From Phoronis australis (taxonomy: Eukaryota > Animalia > Phoronida): a DNA stretch of 64,000 nt. The stretch covers positions 484,503 to 548,502 of the forward strand of contig NMRA01000286.1 in assembly GCA_002633005.1 (NCBI GenBank). The letters run 5' to 3'. Below, piece by piece: positions 11,395 to 24,230 of this stretch. The notes beneath the pieces are model-generated. The model did no database searches. It was not told the DNA's origin and saw only the letters and a program-made list of their open reading frames with translations. How positions within the stretch are numbered: the first letter of the stretch is position 1; the number at the start of each line of letters is the position of its first letter. The position numbers and the translations under genes were made by a program.

Positions 11395-13800
11395 AAACGT
11401 GTGTAACCCGCACGCGTAAACATGTAAAACCTGCACGTGTTAATTAGCTATTGACAGACTTTTAATTCCAAAACTTTAGCTTGTTTCGAATGGGAGTTCA
11501 TTACAACAGCATAACGCTCGACTGGGACCACGAAGGTGACGTGTTCAAATCCGCGTTGGGGCTGATTCCTCTCGCACATGAGTTCTCTTTAGCATCAGAT
11601 CTGCGTGATGATCCGACGTCTTCTTTGCCGTCTCATAAAAAATCCGCATCTGAACGCGGTATCAATAAAAGTCAATGAACTTTCTACCAACGATAAAATT
11701 AATACTAACACTCTGACAAGATAAGCAGTAAAGTACATTTATAATTAAACACATGAAATAAACTCTTGAAAATCTATGTCAAGAAGTCTGTATTTAAGCC
11801 ACATATATCATATATATATATCATAAACAGTTATAGTTACGGCTTTTAAAAGTTCAACGCTTGTAGACAACTTCATTACACAAAATTCAAGAGAACTGTC
11901 AGATGACATATTCCAGGTACCAGTCGCTGGGTATCACGCCAAAAGGTTCAACCATGCATCCTCTCTTCGTTAAGTTTGTCAAGGTTTTTGACACATTCCC
12001 TTAACAACACCAATTTCTACTCCCCGCAGTCACCTGCCTACTTACTGTATTAATTATTATCTCGTGCTCAACACCTATAAATTTCTGAACCACCAGTCAA
12101 ATTCTGTGGCCACTACTTCTTCTTGGCTTTTAACTGACGAAGCTTCTTGGAATTGTTTGTTTGTTACACATGCCTGTGTTATGAAGGTCTAAGTTACTCT
12201 TCAACACTTTCATTGACGGGAGGCGTGTGTGGAAGTCTGTGTCATTACACAAACCTGCCCATTCTGTTATAACTACGTCATCAGATGTTCACGTACAGTA
12301 GCACGCTTCGCCGCTGGCCGTGAAACTGTCTTGGCTTCCGCTAAAGTCGTTTCGTAACTATTTTTTGCAGAAAAATTTCAAGATATGACACACAAAAGTC
12401 ACGAAGGCACTGTTTATGTACATGTATAATAAGGACGAGTAAACATAGATATCTGTTTAAACATAGGAATACAAAACAAACGTTAACTTTCCTAACCACA
12501 TCCTCAAAATTTTTGTTGGGTAATCAAAACAATTTTCCTGTGTTTGTTACCCCGCTCACAAATTGTCTAAAACGCGTTTTCACAAGCAATTAGCTAGCAT
12601 GTGTAGCAAAAGCACTTAGTCATGTGGACGGTTACAGGGGTCACTTATGCAAGCGCTTTGCCGTCGGTTTGAGTTGCCTCGCGAAGGAGCAAAAACTTTA
12701 TTTATACTAAAAACGTATGACTAAATACACCAAAATTCAACTATACAAATTTAACTGAAATGTTTGACACAAAAACATTACAAAACCTGTTATATGGTTT
12801 TCAGATATCGACTCCAATTTCATGCGTAAAAAGACATTTAGAACGTGCACAATAATAATGTTTGAAAACATTTATTATAATTTGGGCAGCAAACGCTGCA
12901 GTTAACGAGACATAGGAACGTAAAATGACAATGAAGACACAGCCATAATTAATTGGGAATTGTTGAATATTGGTAGATCATCGTAATGCTACGCCATCGT
13001 AATGGTAATTTGTGTTCTTGTTCGACCCAAATGACGTCAATATTCCAAAACAGAAGGCGGTTTCTGACCCGTATTGGAATAAGCGTTTTTCGATTATGTC
13101 GGTGTGTCATGAACAATGTGAAAAGGCAATGAAAACTAGCGTTGCTGTGCTCTAAATTGTTTTTAGTCGGGTCCCTTGCAAGTAATTGGTTTCACCTGAT
13201 CCGATGGACTAATGTTTGTTTGAACGAGCGAACTCGATTTCCGTGTATTCACTGAAATAATAAGCATTCAAGGGTATCCACCCAACTTTCAGAATATGGA
13301 GTATACGTCGTGGAATCCCTATTGACTGCTGATGAAATCGGCAAGCGACCGCTTTCCATATTTTGTAATAGCTGGGCTTTCATATGCGTTACGTGCTTTT
13401 TTGTCCTATGGCCTTTGCTCAAAGAAAAACGTGTGCTCACTATCATATTCGTGATACGGGTAACTAAATGAGTGTCCCTCATTCTGAATACAATGATCAC
13501 ATAATCTCGTATACACCGACCCTTAACCCAGGTAACCTCGAAAGTGCGGTCGTCGAGCAATTAAAATTTAAAGTCGCGTTCTGCGAGTGAGGCCAGTCGA
13601 ATTGAAGTCAGCACCGAGTCTCGTGGCAAACTTAGCGAGGTGATATTCGTCAATTTGGATGCTAGATGGAATCTTTTAGCCCACTAGCTGGCCAGTTTCA
13701 GTTCCCAGAAACGTTGTTTGTGAGTCCAGCTTGTCCACATTCAATTTTTCAAGTGGTTTGAGTATATAAAAATAACAACACATTTGGTTTCTTTAAGCAA

Positions 13801-13806
13801 TTTATT
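13801..13806 (-). terminator. candidate poly(A) signal of SLC22 copy 2
   Basis: AATAAA on the minus strand about 470 nt past the stop codon. Confidence 0.4.
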
Positions 13807-14274
13807 TACAAAAAATCCAGAAGTGTCTGTGCTTGTATGTTCGTTTATTGATTTGTACCAATACGACTAAGGTAGGCCTATTTTTTAATTTTGGAGACCA
13901 ACTTCGAATTGAAGTTCGTTCTAATTGATATCTAGACTAGTACATATGAGTACAATAAAGTGCAGACGCTAATACCTAATTCATGAAGAATTTAAGTTTA
14001 AGTTTATCGGCAATAAAAGTAAAATCTGAGATCATACCCAGCACAGCTTCACACCGGCTCTTCTGACTAAATTTCACCGGATAAAAAGCAGAATAATGGA
14101 ATCGTATTTAACTGGTAGCGCGGGTCTTACATACACATGCAGCATTTGGATTTCTCGACTGAGCGCAAGTCCTAAACATCTTGATTCTGCGTACTTTCTC
14201 AAACAAAACTCAGACTGCTGTCAGTTTCAGATTAAAATCTTGTCGCCCATTTAAAAAATGGCAAACACCCAGTC

Positions 14275-14359
14275 TTACACCTGTAGTTTGCCTTGGTTTA
14301 CGAGCGGCGATAAGGAAACATCATCCTTTAGTGAGGGCTTCTTTTTATCATCTCTGTCT
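14275..14359 (-). CDS. SLC22/OCT-like transporter, copy 2, last coding exon (9)
   Basis: Acceptor ttccttttcag, phase matches exon 8; DRDDKKKPSLKDDVSLSPLVNQGKLQV*. Confidence 0.65.
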
Positions 14360-14559
14360 CTGAAAAGGAAAATTATCAAAGGTGAAACACTAAGCTTGAC
14401 TACGAAAAAACTGCACACGATCTCTATGAATAGTTATGAGCATTGTCTTACACTGACTCAGACGAGAGTTCACGATCTTAAAAAATCCGCGGAAAAATCT
14501 TAAGTGGTAAAGTTATATTTGTTATTTACCAACATAGTACCCGAGTTCAAAATTATCTA

Positions 14560-14812
14560 CACCCATCCACTCAACCCAAACCCACAAACCTCTCAATCCA
14601 CGCACCTGTCCATCTACTCATCCAATCTGCCCATTCACTCACCCACCAATCCGGCCAGCAATCTACCAAACCAACCAATCACCCTTTCTTTTTTCCTTCC
14701 TTCAGTTCGTATTCCCTTCGTTTTATCCTCCCGTCCACCAATCTATCCATCCAACCAACCACGCACCCACGCACCCACCTGCCCACCCATCCATCTTTCT
14801 TTCATCCATTCC
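14560..14812. repeat. degenerate (CCAN)n low-complexity tract
   Basis: Repeated ccat/ccac/ccaa tetramers. Confidence 0.75.
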
Positions 14813-15096
14813 GTGCTTCTTTTCAACCTCCTTCACGATTTTTAAAGGGTATTTTTAAGATTTTTCGTGTTTCATGCCTTTTTAAAAGAAATTCCTATAT
14901 ACAACACTGCAGACTGGGGAATTGACAAAAACCTGACTGTGATATACTTTTTAATTACATACTTAGTGTTTGTTTCTTAATTGTTCTTTTTTATTTTTGT
15001 TCACGTGTGTTATCAAATAAAGAAATTGAAAAATCACATTGCGATACACCAGTTTCAACTAATGAAACAATCGCGTCCCAACAAATTCATGTATAC

Positions 15097-15251
15097 CTGC
15101 AGCGAAGTCGAATCGCGTTGATCCGCTCTGCATCTTCCAACGTGTCCACCAGGGGACGGCCGTACGTTTCCGGAACAAGCAAGACTAAACATGCTAGTAG
15201 GAAGAAACTTGAACCAAATACAACGTACGGCAATCTTTTCGATGTCTCGGC
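15097..15251 (-). CDS. SLC22/OCT-like transporter, copy 2, coding exon 8
   Basis: AETSKRLPYVVFGSSFFLLACLVLLVPETYGRPLVDTLEDAE (TM12 and PET motif); AG/GT boundaries. Confidence 0.9.
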
Positions 15252-15978
15252 CTACAAAAACATGTACTGTGCTCACACATTGGCATAAGAAACGTAACTT
15301 TAATCGAGGTTGGTCGCAATAAATGTGAACACAACCCACCCCGCTGACCTGCACCGGCACTCACGGCCACTGATCCAGCCCGCCCCAGTAGGCGATATGC
15401 ACCAACGTCGCTACTGCCCATGTTAACATCAGTTTTGCTTTCACGTTTCTTTCCTCCTGTACCCACCAATTTAAAAATCGACATCGTAACGCCCTACGAA
15501 TGCCCAACTCGTGGACTCGTGTATTGACCTACGCGTCAACCAATCATATATATATATATGCAAGTGTCACGTATATCGGATGATCGCCTGCTGGTTGGTG
15601 ATATTGGATAGGTGCTTCCTGCTTACTGGCTGCTCTTGGTTCACTTGGCAGGTTCCGCCAGGTCGATCAGCCGGCCAAAGGCATCTGAATTGTTCTCGGC
15701 GACGACTTCCGGCCCCACAGACTAATCAGATGTTTGATCCGGCCGAACGAGCGAAGTAACTCAAGTGCAACCAGTGATAAACTCAACTCCTTGCTACAGT
15801 ATTATGAAGTGATTGTATATCTACAGTTAATACTGGTGCTGCTTAGGATGGCCGCCATCATACCACCTTGCGTTTATATTTTTTACGTTATCCGTAAAAA
15901 TAAATTACCCATAAATCAAGTGATCTTATTAAATACCAAGCCAGTATCTAGTGTTGCTAAACGCGATCCTGGGCTTAC

Positions 15979-16160
15979 CAACAACACAACGAAGGGACAC
16001 AGCATGCTCCCCGCTCTTGCCCACATGGATCCAATACCCAGTCCGGTCGTCCTGATGGGGGTCGGGTACACCTCAGTCGTGTAAACATACATTAAGGCGA
16101 ATAAGACTCCAGAGGTAAGTTGGCCCATAAGCGACAGCACCAAACTGGTAGTCGAAGCAC
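15979..16160 (-). CDS. SLC22/OCT-like transporter, copy 2, coding exon 7
   Basis: LMYVYTTEVYPTPIRTTGLGIGSMWARAGSMLCPFVVLL (E(L/V)YPT motif); AG/GT boundaries. Confidence 0.92.
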
Positions 16161-16927
16161 CTTCAGTGAAAACATTAGCCAAATTTGGAGTTTGTAATTT
16201 CTAGTGACAGAAAGTGAAGTACCTCTCTAATAGAATGCGATATCTTTTTCAAGAGTTTCTGTAGTTAATTTTTACAAGGTTCAATTTTTAATTCATTAAG
16301 TTTCACTTAATTACTCAAAGCTTTACTTCATTCACCAATTCGACAAACTTCACTTTACCGCCTAAAGAAAGAGTTAGCTTGCAAAGCTATCGCATTCTAC
16401 TTAGCAATACCACTTCATACTTAAAAATACTCCCTGTCTTATCATTCTGAAGAATGTTCTTGTTTCTCAAAGCCCACATTTGAACGACTAAAAGTGCTAC
16501 AAATCCGTCTTTTGTTTGATTTAGGCCTCTTACAACAGATATAACAGATCTCTCCATGTTCCATACGAACGTGAGACAGATTTCCAGTTCGTAACTCAGC
16601 TTGGCGCTGAAAATAACCTGCTATGATATGTCTACTTGGTGGCCGCAATCTCAAGCACAGAACCGATATTTTTCACAACCGGCTAAGTTGGTTAAGAAGA
16701 AAGCTGAGACCATTTCAATCATTACAAATCGTCTAAATTCGAAGTCAGTTTTCTTGAAGAAAGCTAGCGACAATGGGCAAAGCGCACCTGAAACCTCAAC
16801 AAATTCGGCTTAAAGGTGCAGCTCAATAAATTAAACGTTTTCACTGTTTTTTTTTCTGAAAACATGTAGATCAAATCTTGCTGCTCGCCTTCAGCTATGG
16901 CAATCTAGTACATCACACGGGTCTTAC

Positions 16928-17222
16928 CGTCCGTAGCGATGGCGACAATGGCTGACGACATACCACCCGCTACTGCAAAAGAAATGATAGTGTAGCGACG
17001 TCTCACGTAGGTGGTAAAGAAAATGATTGGAAACCGTCCGATCTGCGGGATGCTCATCAATATGAAATTCACGTAGATATTGCCGAATAAGTTGCCGATA
17101 TTGTAAGCCAGACCATAAGCAATCATGCCAACTGCGAACCAGCCGTACCAGACGATGAAGCTAGTCTTTCGAATGTTTGGCGTACGTACAAGGTCTACTA
17201 TTGAGGGAGACTCGTTCTTCAC
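16928..17222 (-). CDS. SLC22/OCT-like transporter, copy 2, coding exon 6
   Basis: VKNESPSIVDLVRTPNIRKTSFIVWYGWFAVGMIAYGLAYNIGNLFGNIYVNF...VRRRYT; AG/GT boundaries. Confidence 0.92.
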
Positions 17223-17599
17223 CTTGAAAGAGAAGCAAAAGTGAAACAGTTTAAACAAGGATTAATATAAAAGTATAGCTTGAACGAAATTTATAGGCTG
17301 TTGAAGTGGCAAGTTTTTGATTATATAATACAATTGGCGTGGCATGTCGAAAGAGAAGTCCCAAAGACGGTAGTCTTCACTGCTTCGTCGTCTGAAGCAA
17401 GGCTGCTTGATTGCGTGTCGACTTCCGTTGCACAGTAGTACAGTGATAACTGATGATGCTTACATGTAATGGGAATATGCAGTGAAGTAGATTTTCATAG
17501 TTCGTGACGATGTTGACAACGTAAAATTCACGTATCATGAACTTCGTATAGAGGATGATTCAAACGATTCCTGCCTCATCTAAGGGTCTTCTTCAACTA

Positions 17600-18811
17600 A
17601 TGGATTACACGCATCTTGTTGACCCAGATCTAGAGTAAGGTTATACACATGGGAGTGTTGTCGTCCTTGGTCTCGATTTATGCTGGGCTGCCTGGTGTTG
17701 ATAAAGTACTTATAACTTTTGGAGAAAAACAGTGTTCGTCTCTGGCTAGAACCTGGGCATTGTCCTTGTCTAGAATATGGCCAATTTTGAGGGTGTGATC
17801 ACCAATGCCAGAGTGATCTATGGGATCCCCAGTGTCACTCATTATAGCCGACATCTACACGGGGGACTTTGAGAGACGAGCCACTCATAGAGACGGCCTC
17901 GCACCCTCAGAGCTTTGGCTTAAGTACGTGGGTGACACATTCGTTGTCATACATGATTACCACGTCGACAATTTCGTTGTGCATATCAACAGTATAGATC
18001 GTCACACCCAGTTCATCATGGAGCCTGAGACCGACAATAAGTTACCCATCATTGACCTGAGTGTCAACGATGATGGTTTTACTAAGATCACAGATTATCA
18101 CAAACCCACATATATTGATCAGTACCTCAACTTCAACTCGAATCATCCGATACAACATGGGCAGCCCTTGTTGCTCACTCAACAGCAACAACTGGCCCAT
18201 GCCAACGGACCAGGACTCATAATATAAGACCACCTACCAGCGGTGTCGGGCGTCGTGTCTCAACAACAACGACAACTCCAATATAAGCAGTTAGTAGTCC
18301 GCACTCTCATCAACAGAGCAACACAAAATCGCGATGCCGAAATTGCCTACATACAGAGGGCTCCGTCAGTCAACGACTAAGAGAATTGAACACTTACCCT
18401 CCCAAGCAATAGACGCCAGCGAGAGAAAGACCATTGGAAAAAACGCCACTCTGTGACCATTCCCTACATCAGGAACTGTGCAGAGCGCATTGCACGCACT
18501 TATAGATCTCATTGGGTAGATACCTACTACAAGCCTGTTAACAACATCCGGAAGAACATGGTTCACCCGAAGGACCGCACGCCCAACGACACGAAGCCAT
18601 GTGTGGTATACCAGCTTTCTTGCAAAGAGGATCCCTCCCAGATATACATAGGGTAAACCAAACGCTCTCTGGGTACAAGAATGAAGGAACACTTCAAGTT
18701 GAATAAACCCACTGGCATTGATGATCACATCCTTAACACTGGCCATATTATGGACAGGGACAATGCCCAGGTTCTAGTCGGAGAGGAACACTGGTTTTCT
18801 CGAAAAGTTAA
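17600..18811 (+). mobile_element. decayed Penelope-like retroelement (RT + GIY-YIG) with an inverted copy of its 3' end at the 5' side; in intron 5 of SLC22 copy 2
   Basis: MGSPVS, KYVGDTF, HKPTYIDQYLNFNSNHP (PLE RT); VVYQLSC...IYIG*TKRSLGTRMKEH (GIY-YIG); 17713-17811 is an inverted copy of 18712-18810. Confidence 0.88.
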
Positions 18812-19468
18812 GGATGGAAACGTTCGAAGCATACACAACAAAAAGTTCGTAGTGAGTTTTACCTGCTGAACTGGGAATGTGAACAAGGGTTCATACAAGA
18901 CATCCATTGTTTACGATGTCACAGATTGTACCTGCTCTACAAATTTTCATAGGATTAAGCCTGACGACTTGACGACTATTAGAAAAGATGATATCACAAT
19001 TTCTTAGTGGCATATACAGTGCCAAAATTAGAGCAATTGAGTTGGCCAACTAATTATTGTCATATCTTCATAACAATCCTAGACTACATGATGTAAACAG
19101 AAAGTGCTGCTTTGGGGGATGGACATCGGGCACCAGTTGCTGACGTTTATCGGGCACTGGTGTCAATGATGGGGATGCCGCCGGAAGGTACTGAAACTAC
19201 AGTAATCGCAAGCTGATGGCTGAACACGATAGTTTTTCATGTTTTTTCCGTTTTCACCATGAATGTAATTTCATGTTATTTCACATTGTTTTAGCATTGT
19301 TCTCGACAAGGAAAAAGCGTTGTTTGTTTGCATAAACCTGGCAATGTAAAATCTAACACTGACAGATTTCAGAATTAATGCGAAAAATGCTTTATGAAAA
19401 TTATATTTAAGCTTCTTTCAGGTGGCGTTGTTGGCAACTAATTAATCAATAGATCTAGTTTTACTCAC

Positions 19469-19601
19469 GTGCAAAATTTCGCTTAGCTTTAAGTTCTTAG
19501 GCAGCGATCGACCATTCCGTTTAGCAGCCTTATGCAATGTTTTGAGCGCTTCATCCTCTCTTCCTTTTGTGAGCAGCCATCGCGGAGAAGGATAGACTAT
19601 C
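19469..19601 (-). CDS. SLC22/OCT-like transporter, copy 2, coding exon 5
   Basis: 133 bp; IVYPSPRWLLTKGREDEALKTLHKAAKRNGRSLPKNLKLSEILH. Confidence 0.92.
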
Positions 19602-20496
19602 CTAGAAAAGCCATTACCATGTGTATACTCAAAAGCTGGTGAATAGAGTGCCTCTAGAAGTCCATCACGATATATGAGTTTGACTAGCGCAGTAAAAGAT
19701 GCATGGTTCATATAATGGATTTGGAAAAACAGATAGGGCATCTAATCAGAACACCGATAGTCTGCTTAAAACGAGTATTCAGAAAGGGTTAATTGGGGAA
19801 ACATATCAATGCAAACTGCTAATATTATAGCCAATCATGTGCAATTACGATGGGCAAACAGAGCTCAATTACAAATCACCTCATTGGAATATAGCTTTCT
19901 CACGGTAAGAAGGCACATCTAGTTTTGACTTTGGAACGGACGATGGGAAGGCAGGCTAGAAATTTGAGAAGCGTTAACAAGTAATTATTGCAAACGACAA
20001 ACCAGACGACGGAAACGCATTCTGTTCAGTTTATGCCGATATGAAGACTGTTTTTTTGGCACTAGTTTCAACATTTGCAATCGAATGCATTCAAATAAAC
20101 GTGGGCGTGTGAATGTTACCACGGACCCAGGCATCTTGGAATGTGTCAAACAGAATCCACATGCCTTCCTATCTGAAATTTGATCTGATGTGTCGTCGAT
20201 ATCCGACCGATCTCGCCTGCTCTCTCCTGATATGTTCAGACGGACTGAGAATGGTAAGCCGATTAGTAGGTAATTGAGTTGCTAACATATTCCATAAAGT
20301 TTTGAAATATGCCGACGACATACCTGACGGCTCCAATGATTTTTTGAAAGAAACCTTTTAGTTATCTTTCTGAACTGACGTAAAAAGTTTCAGTAATTTA
20401 AAATAAAAAACACAATGAACGCCATAGCCATGAGAAAGAAGTGAATAAAACTGCAGGTACTGGTTGAAAAATGTATTTTATGTTGAGACTATTTAC

Positions 20497-20665
20497 CAAT
20501 AAACGAGAATACCACAGCCTAGAGGCAGGCTTGTGGCGAGCGTAAGATGGCGCCAATCTCTACAGAAGTTTGCAATCACACCTAAGAGAAGAGCCCCAAC
20601 ACCCCACGCGAGAGAAGCAACTGCCTGGAGCTGCATTCGCATATCTGCGGTTGCCCATTCCTGGC
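20497..20665 (-). CDS. SLC22/OCT-like transporter, copy 2, coding exon 4
   Basis: 169 bp; QEWATADMRMQLQAVASLAWGVGALLLGVIANFCRDWRHL. Confidence 0.92.
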
Positions 20666-21024
20666 CTGAAACAACAACAAGCGACACCAATAGGTAATGT
20701 TTGTTGGACTATTGTATGCACTATGATATAATTGACATGTTTACTTTTTTGTTTCTCATGAATAAAATCTGTGCGTTCCTTGAATTAAAACGTCAAAACG
20801 TCTGTTCTTCAAACACACACCAGGGTTGCAAGACGCTCACAAGAAATGGTAGTGTGGTTAAGTGCTTCTCTTGAAATGCATGGCAATACCTCAGAAAGCG
20901 TGCGTGATCTCGTGTTTTTGCTAGTTTCTTGCGTCTACAGAACGCAACCCTGGTCAAAATAAGGATACGATCCTTACAGAATTGCCCATTAGAGACGGGA
21001 AAGTACAGCACTAAAGTAACTTAC

Positions 21025-21179
21025 TCAATACGTAAGAGCTGTTGATTAAACCGCCGCAAAAGATCCCCACTATGAACCTCAAAATGGTGAACACGGTGTA
21101 ATTTGGTGAGAAATAGACGGTTACGGCAAAGACTGTTTGAATAACGGAGGTCACTAATACTGTCTTACGTCGACCAAAC
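21025..21179 (-). CDS. SLC22/OCT-like transporter, copy 2, coding exon 3
   Basis: 155 bp; FGRRKTVLVTSVIQTVFAVTVYFSPNYTVFTILRFIVGIFCGG. Confidence 0.92.
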
Positions 21180-22117
21180 CTGGAAAAGAGAAACGACAAT
21201 CACAGATCTTTCACTAAAATATGAAACATTTTTAAAAGTCTAGTTAGACGCCACTGTGTACGCATACCCATATTCAAGTGTAGACCCTTATTTTATGAGA
21301 AGCATCTTTGGAAACCAAAGAGCATTCGTTACTATTGTTATGTTTTCAGTTCAAATAAAACTGGTGTTAAATAATGATAATAATTTCCGCAAAATAATGC
21401 TCTATATCGCTCATCAACCTTCAAAAGTTGTAGTAAGTTTGAAAATTCCTTGTAGGGTTTGCTAAATCGGCAAGCGTGATTAAAGCTTTCGGGAGACCTT
21501 AAAGTTGCTGAATGTTTGTTTTTGCCATTTTCTTTGGTTTTAGATATCTTGGAATTGGTACTGGACAAGATTTGATCAATTTTCATAAAGTTTTGAATAT
21601 TTTGCACAAACAAGTTAAGGTTACTGACATTAGTTCGCCAATGTTTCAGACATTTACGGGGACACCGATTACTGTTAGCAAGATGGAAGGGACAACTTCC
21701 TGGTGTCTTCCTGACGTTAGAGAATAAAGGGGCACCGTGCTTTGTGTTTTTATCCTGTGCCTGTATCAATTTAAAGCTCGTGATTCGATTCGCTATATTA
21801 CACACCATTTAAATTCGAGATCAGTAGTTTTAATCGACTTCTGTATACACGATCCACTTTGAGCCACATCGTAAAACAAGTCGCACCTCTAACTTAGGAA
21901 AGGAGATTGTATTAGCGCAATAACACGTGACCGAGTCACTTTTTGGACGAATCACCCAAACAGAGGGTATCTTTTCAATTAATTTGAAAGAACGAAAAGA
22001 AGCTGGCTAATCACAAGGAGTCAGTATATACCTAGAGCTTGGTCGCAAGCAACAACCGAACCATACTCTCTTATATGAACAAGCTCGCATTATGCTAAGT
22101 AGTAAACTCTTTCATAC

Positions 22118-22221
22118 CTGTCAGAAAATGGGCTAATGACGAGACATCCGATGAAAAACCCGAAGAAGTAAATAGTCTTGGAAAAGGCATTCATCCATCT
22201 GGATTGGCAAACTATATTCCA
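22118..22221 (-). CDS. SLC22/OCT-like transporter, copy 2, coding exon 2
   Basis: 104 bp; WNIVCQSRWMNAFSKTIYFFGFFIGCLVISPFSDR. Confidence 0.92.
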
Positions 22222-23167
22222 CTAAAATAAAGATCAAAAATACGCATTTTTATGAACTGCATTTTAATGGAGGTCTGTATGTCTTGCAAGCTATGTGCTG
22301 CTATGTGCTGCAAAATGTAAGCCACACTTTTACAAAGGCGAAGCCACTATTGTGTTCACAGAGGTTTGTCGACCATGCTTATAAATTAAGGGTTCCCCAG
22401 ATTGGACTTATAACATAGATATCATTCTAGGGTTAAAGAGGCCTTTTCCACTGCATTTAAGTTTACGACTTTAGAAAACGGAGTTTAACGCAACACAGTT
22501 CAGCTGAAAATTGGGCCCAAATAATAACACAAGTTAAAGCAGTTGCGGACCTAGGTTTTCAGTAACGGGGTTCAGGATACAAACGAAGCGCAAATCCGAG
22601 GCGCTTAACGCCGAGCGGGGGAGGTCGGAAGGGGAGCTCCTCCCTCCCGTGTAAGAGAGTTTTTGTAGCCAAATAGTGCAATTTCCATGCATCACTACAA
22701 AAAATCGCTAGATGGTTTCCGCGGAAGTTAAGCACACTTTTGAAAAATAATCAAATTAGTTAAATAATATATGGTAAATACAAACAGGGCTGAGAGAATT
22801 ACAAAATGTTTATATTTTAGTGACACTTTTCGACTGACGTAATTCACCCTGTATACTAAATGGGTGAGTGTAAAGGAAATAGGATATTTAATTACCACGT
22901 GACACCGACCTTTTCTCAACATTCTTGAAGAAAGCTGAATTCTTATTCATATTGAACATTTTGCTAAAGGGCGGCCTGTCTTATTTGTTTTTAAAAGTAA
23001 TTAAATTTAACCCATTCTTCAAATAAAAAAATGAGAACGTGAACATATTCGGAGAAATATACAAACCTAAAGGCTTTGCACGTGGTGGGCCTATTCGCTG
23101 TGCCATAAAGATACCATTACGTATTAACTAAAACATTTTCCACCTAATCAATGCATTACACACAAAC

Positions 23168-23602
23168 CTCCGTAACTATGGTGTTTTCAAAATTCGACTT
23201 GTCATATTTCCACTGGCCTGTCACCGATTTGCATGGCATTGTGGGCATCGCTTCTGAGATGACATCATCCACTTTGCTTGTATTTGTGGCATTAACATCA
23301 AACACCTCGCAGCTACTGTAAACAATTTTACCGCTTTTGATGGTAAAGGGAATTGTGATGTTTTTTATATTTTCGTCAACCAAACAACGGTGCTCCGGCG
23401 TGCCAGCCAAGAAAACCATACCCATGTTTTGAATGGCCACTCCCGAAGCTAAGAAAAGTAGGAATCCGATTTGAATCCGTTGCGTCAGACCCCATTGCCC
23501 GATAAACTTCAGAATACCCTCGAAATTCTCGAATGTTTCCACGCTACTTGTTTTCCTATTATCTTCCGAACCTTGACTGGTTTTAAACTGACAACATCCC
23601 AT
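23168..23602 (-). CDS. SLC22/OCT-like transporter, copy 2, coding exon 1
   Basis: ATG at 23602 (MGCC..., aligns with the copy 1 start; an in-frame ATG also lies 9 nt upstream); FEGILKFIGQWGLTQ...WKYDKSNFENTIVTE then GT donor. Confidence 0.9.
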
Positions 23603-24230
23603 CTTACACATCCAAAGAGATATGGCGACCTTCTTTGCGAGACTTCTCCTTGTCGTCACATTATCAAATGAGTCGCGAACAAGAGATCTACTTAACCCGT
23701 GTTTACGTTCTCGCAGGGACACTTGGTACGTCAAGTAGGGCTATATAACGACTGTAAATTTGCACCTGAAGCACGACAAAATAGTTATAAATGGAATGAC
23801 AAGTTAAAATGATTCAGCAAGTTTGTAGATATAACTTATGGTACTACACTAGCCATTTACGGAAACATTTCTTCAAATTTCTTTTCACTACTGATTTCAA
23901 CCCATGAAACTGAATATTATCAAATTCTTTATGAAATCACTGACATCCACGAAAAAATCCAAACATTTCATATTCTTCGACGGCAGGGTTGTCTTGTAAA
24001 CTGTCATGTGATTTTCATGGCATTATGGGAAAAGGCAATGAACTTTCGAATAGGTGTACAAACTGAGGAAACATTCGACAAGATCAAAAGTTCAAGGTAG
24101 GCAATCTTCTTACCACAAGGTTAGCTCCCTGAGAATTAACATTACTTCCTGTGAGCTGCAGTTCGTTGCCCATAATCCAGAATTCACAGGATTCGATTTT
24201 TGGTCTTGAAAAGTTTTGCTTAAATGTAAT

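Noticed and set aside
14504-14845. 113-aa Pro/Ser/His-rich ORF
   Set aside because: Translation of a (CCAN)n tract inside an SLC22 intron on the opposite strand
15663-15750. Short hairpin, possible pre-miRNA, in an SLC22 intron
   Set aside because: Arms are short and imperfect with a large loop; more likely a repeat relic
17390-17432. Hammerhead-like motif next to the Penelope relic
   Set aside because: The GAAA core is absent (gtcgacttcc); too degenerate to call
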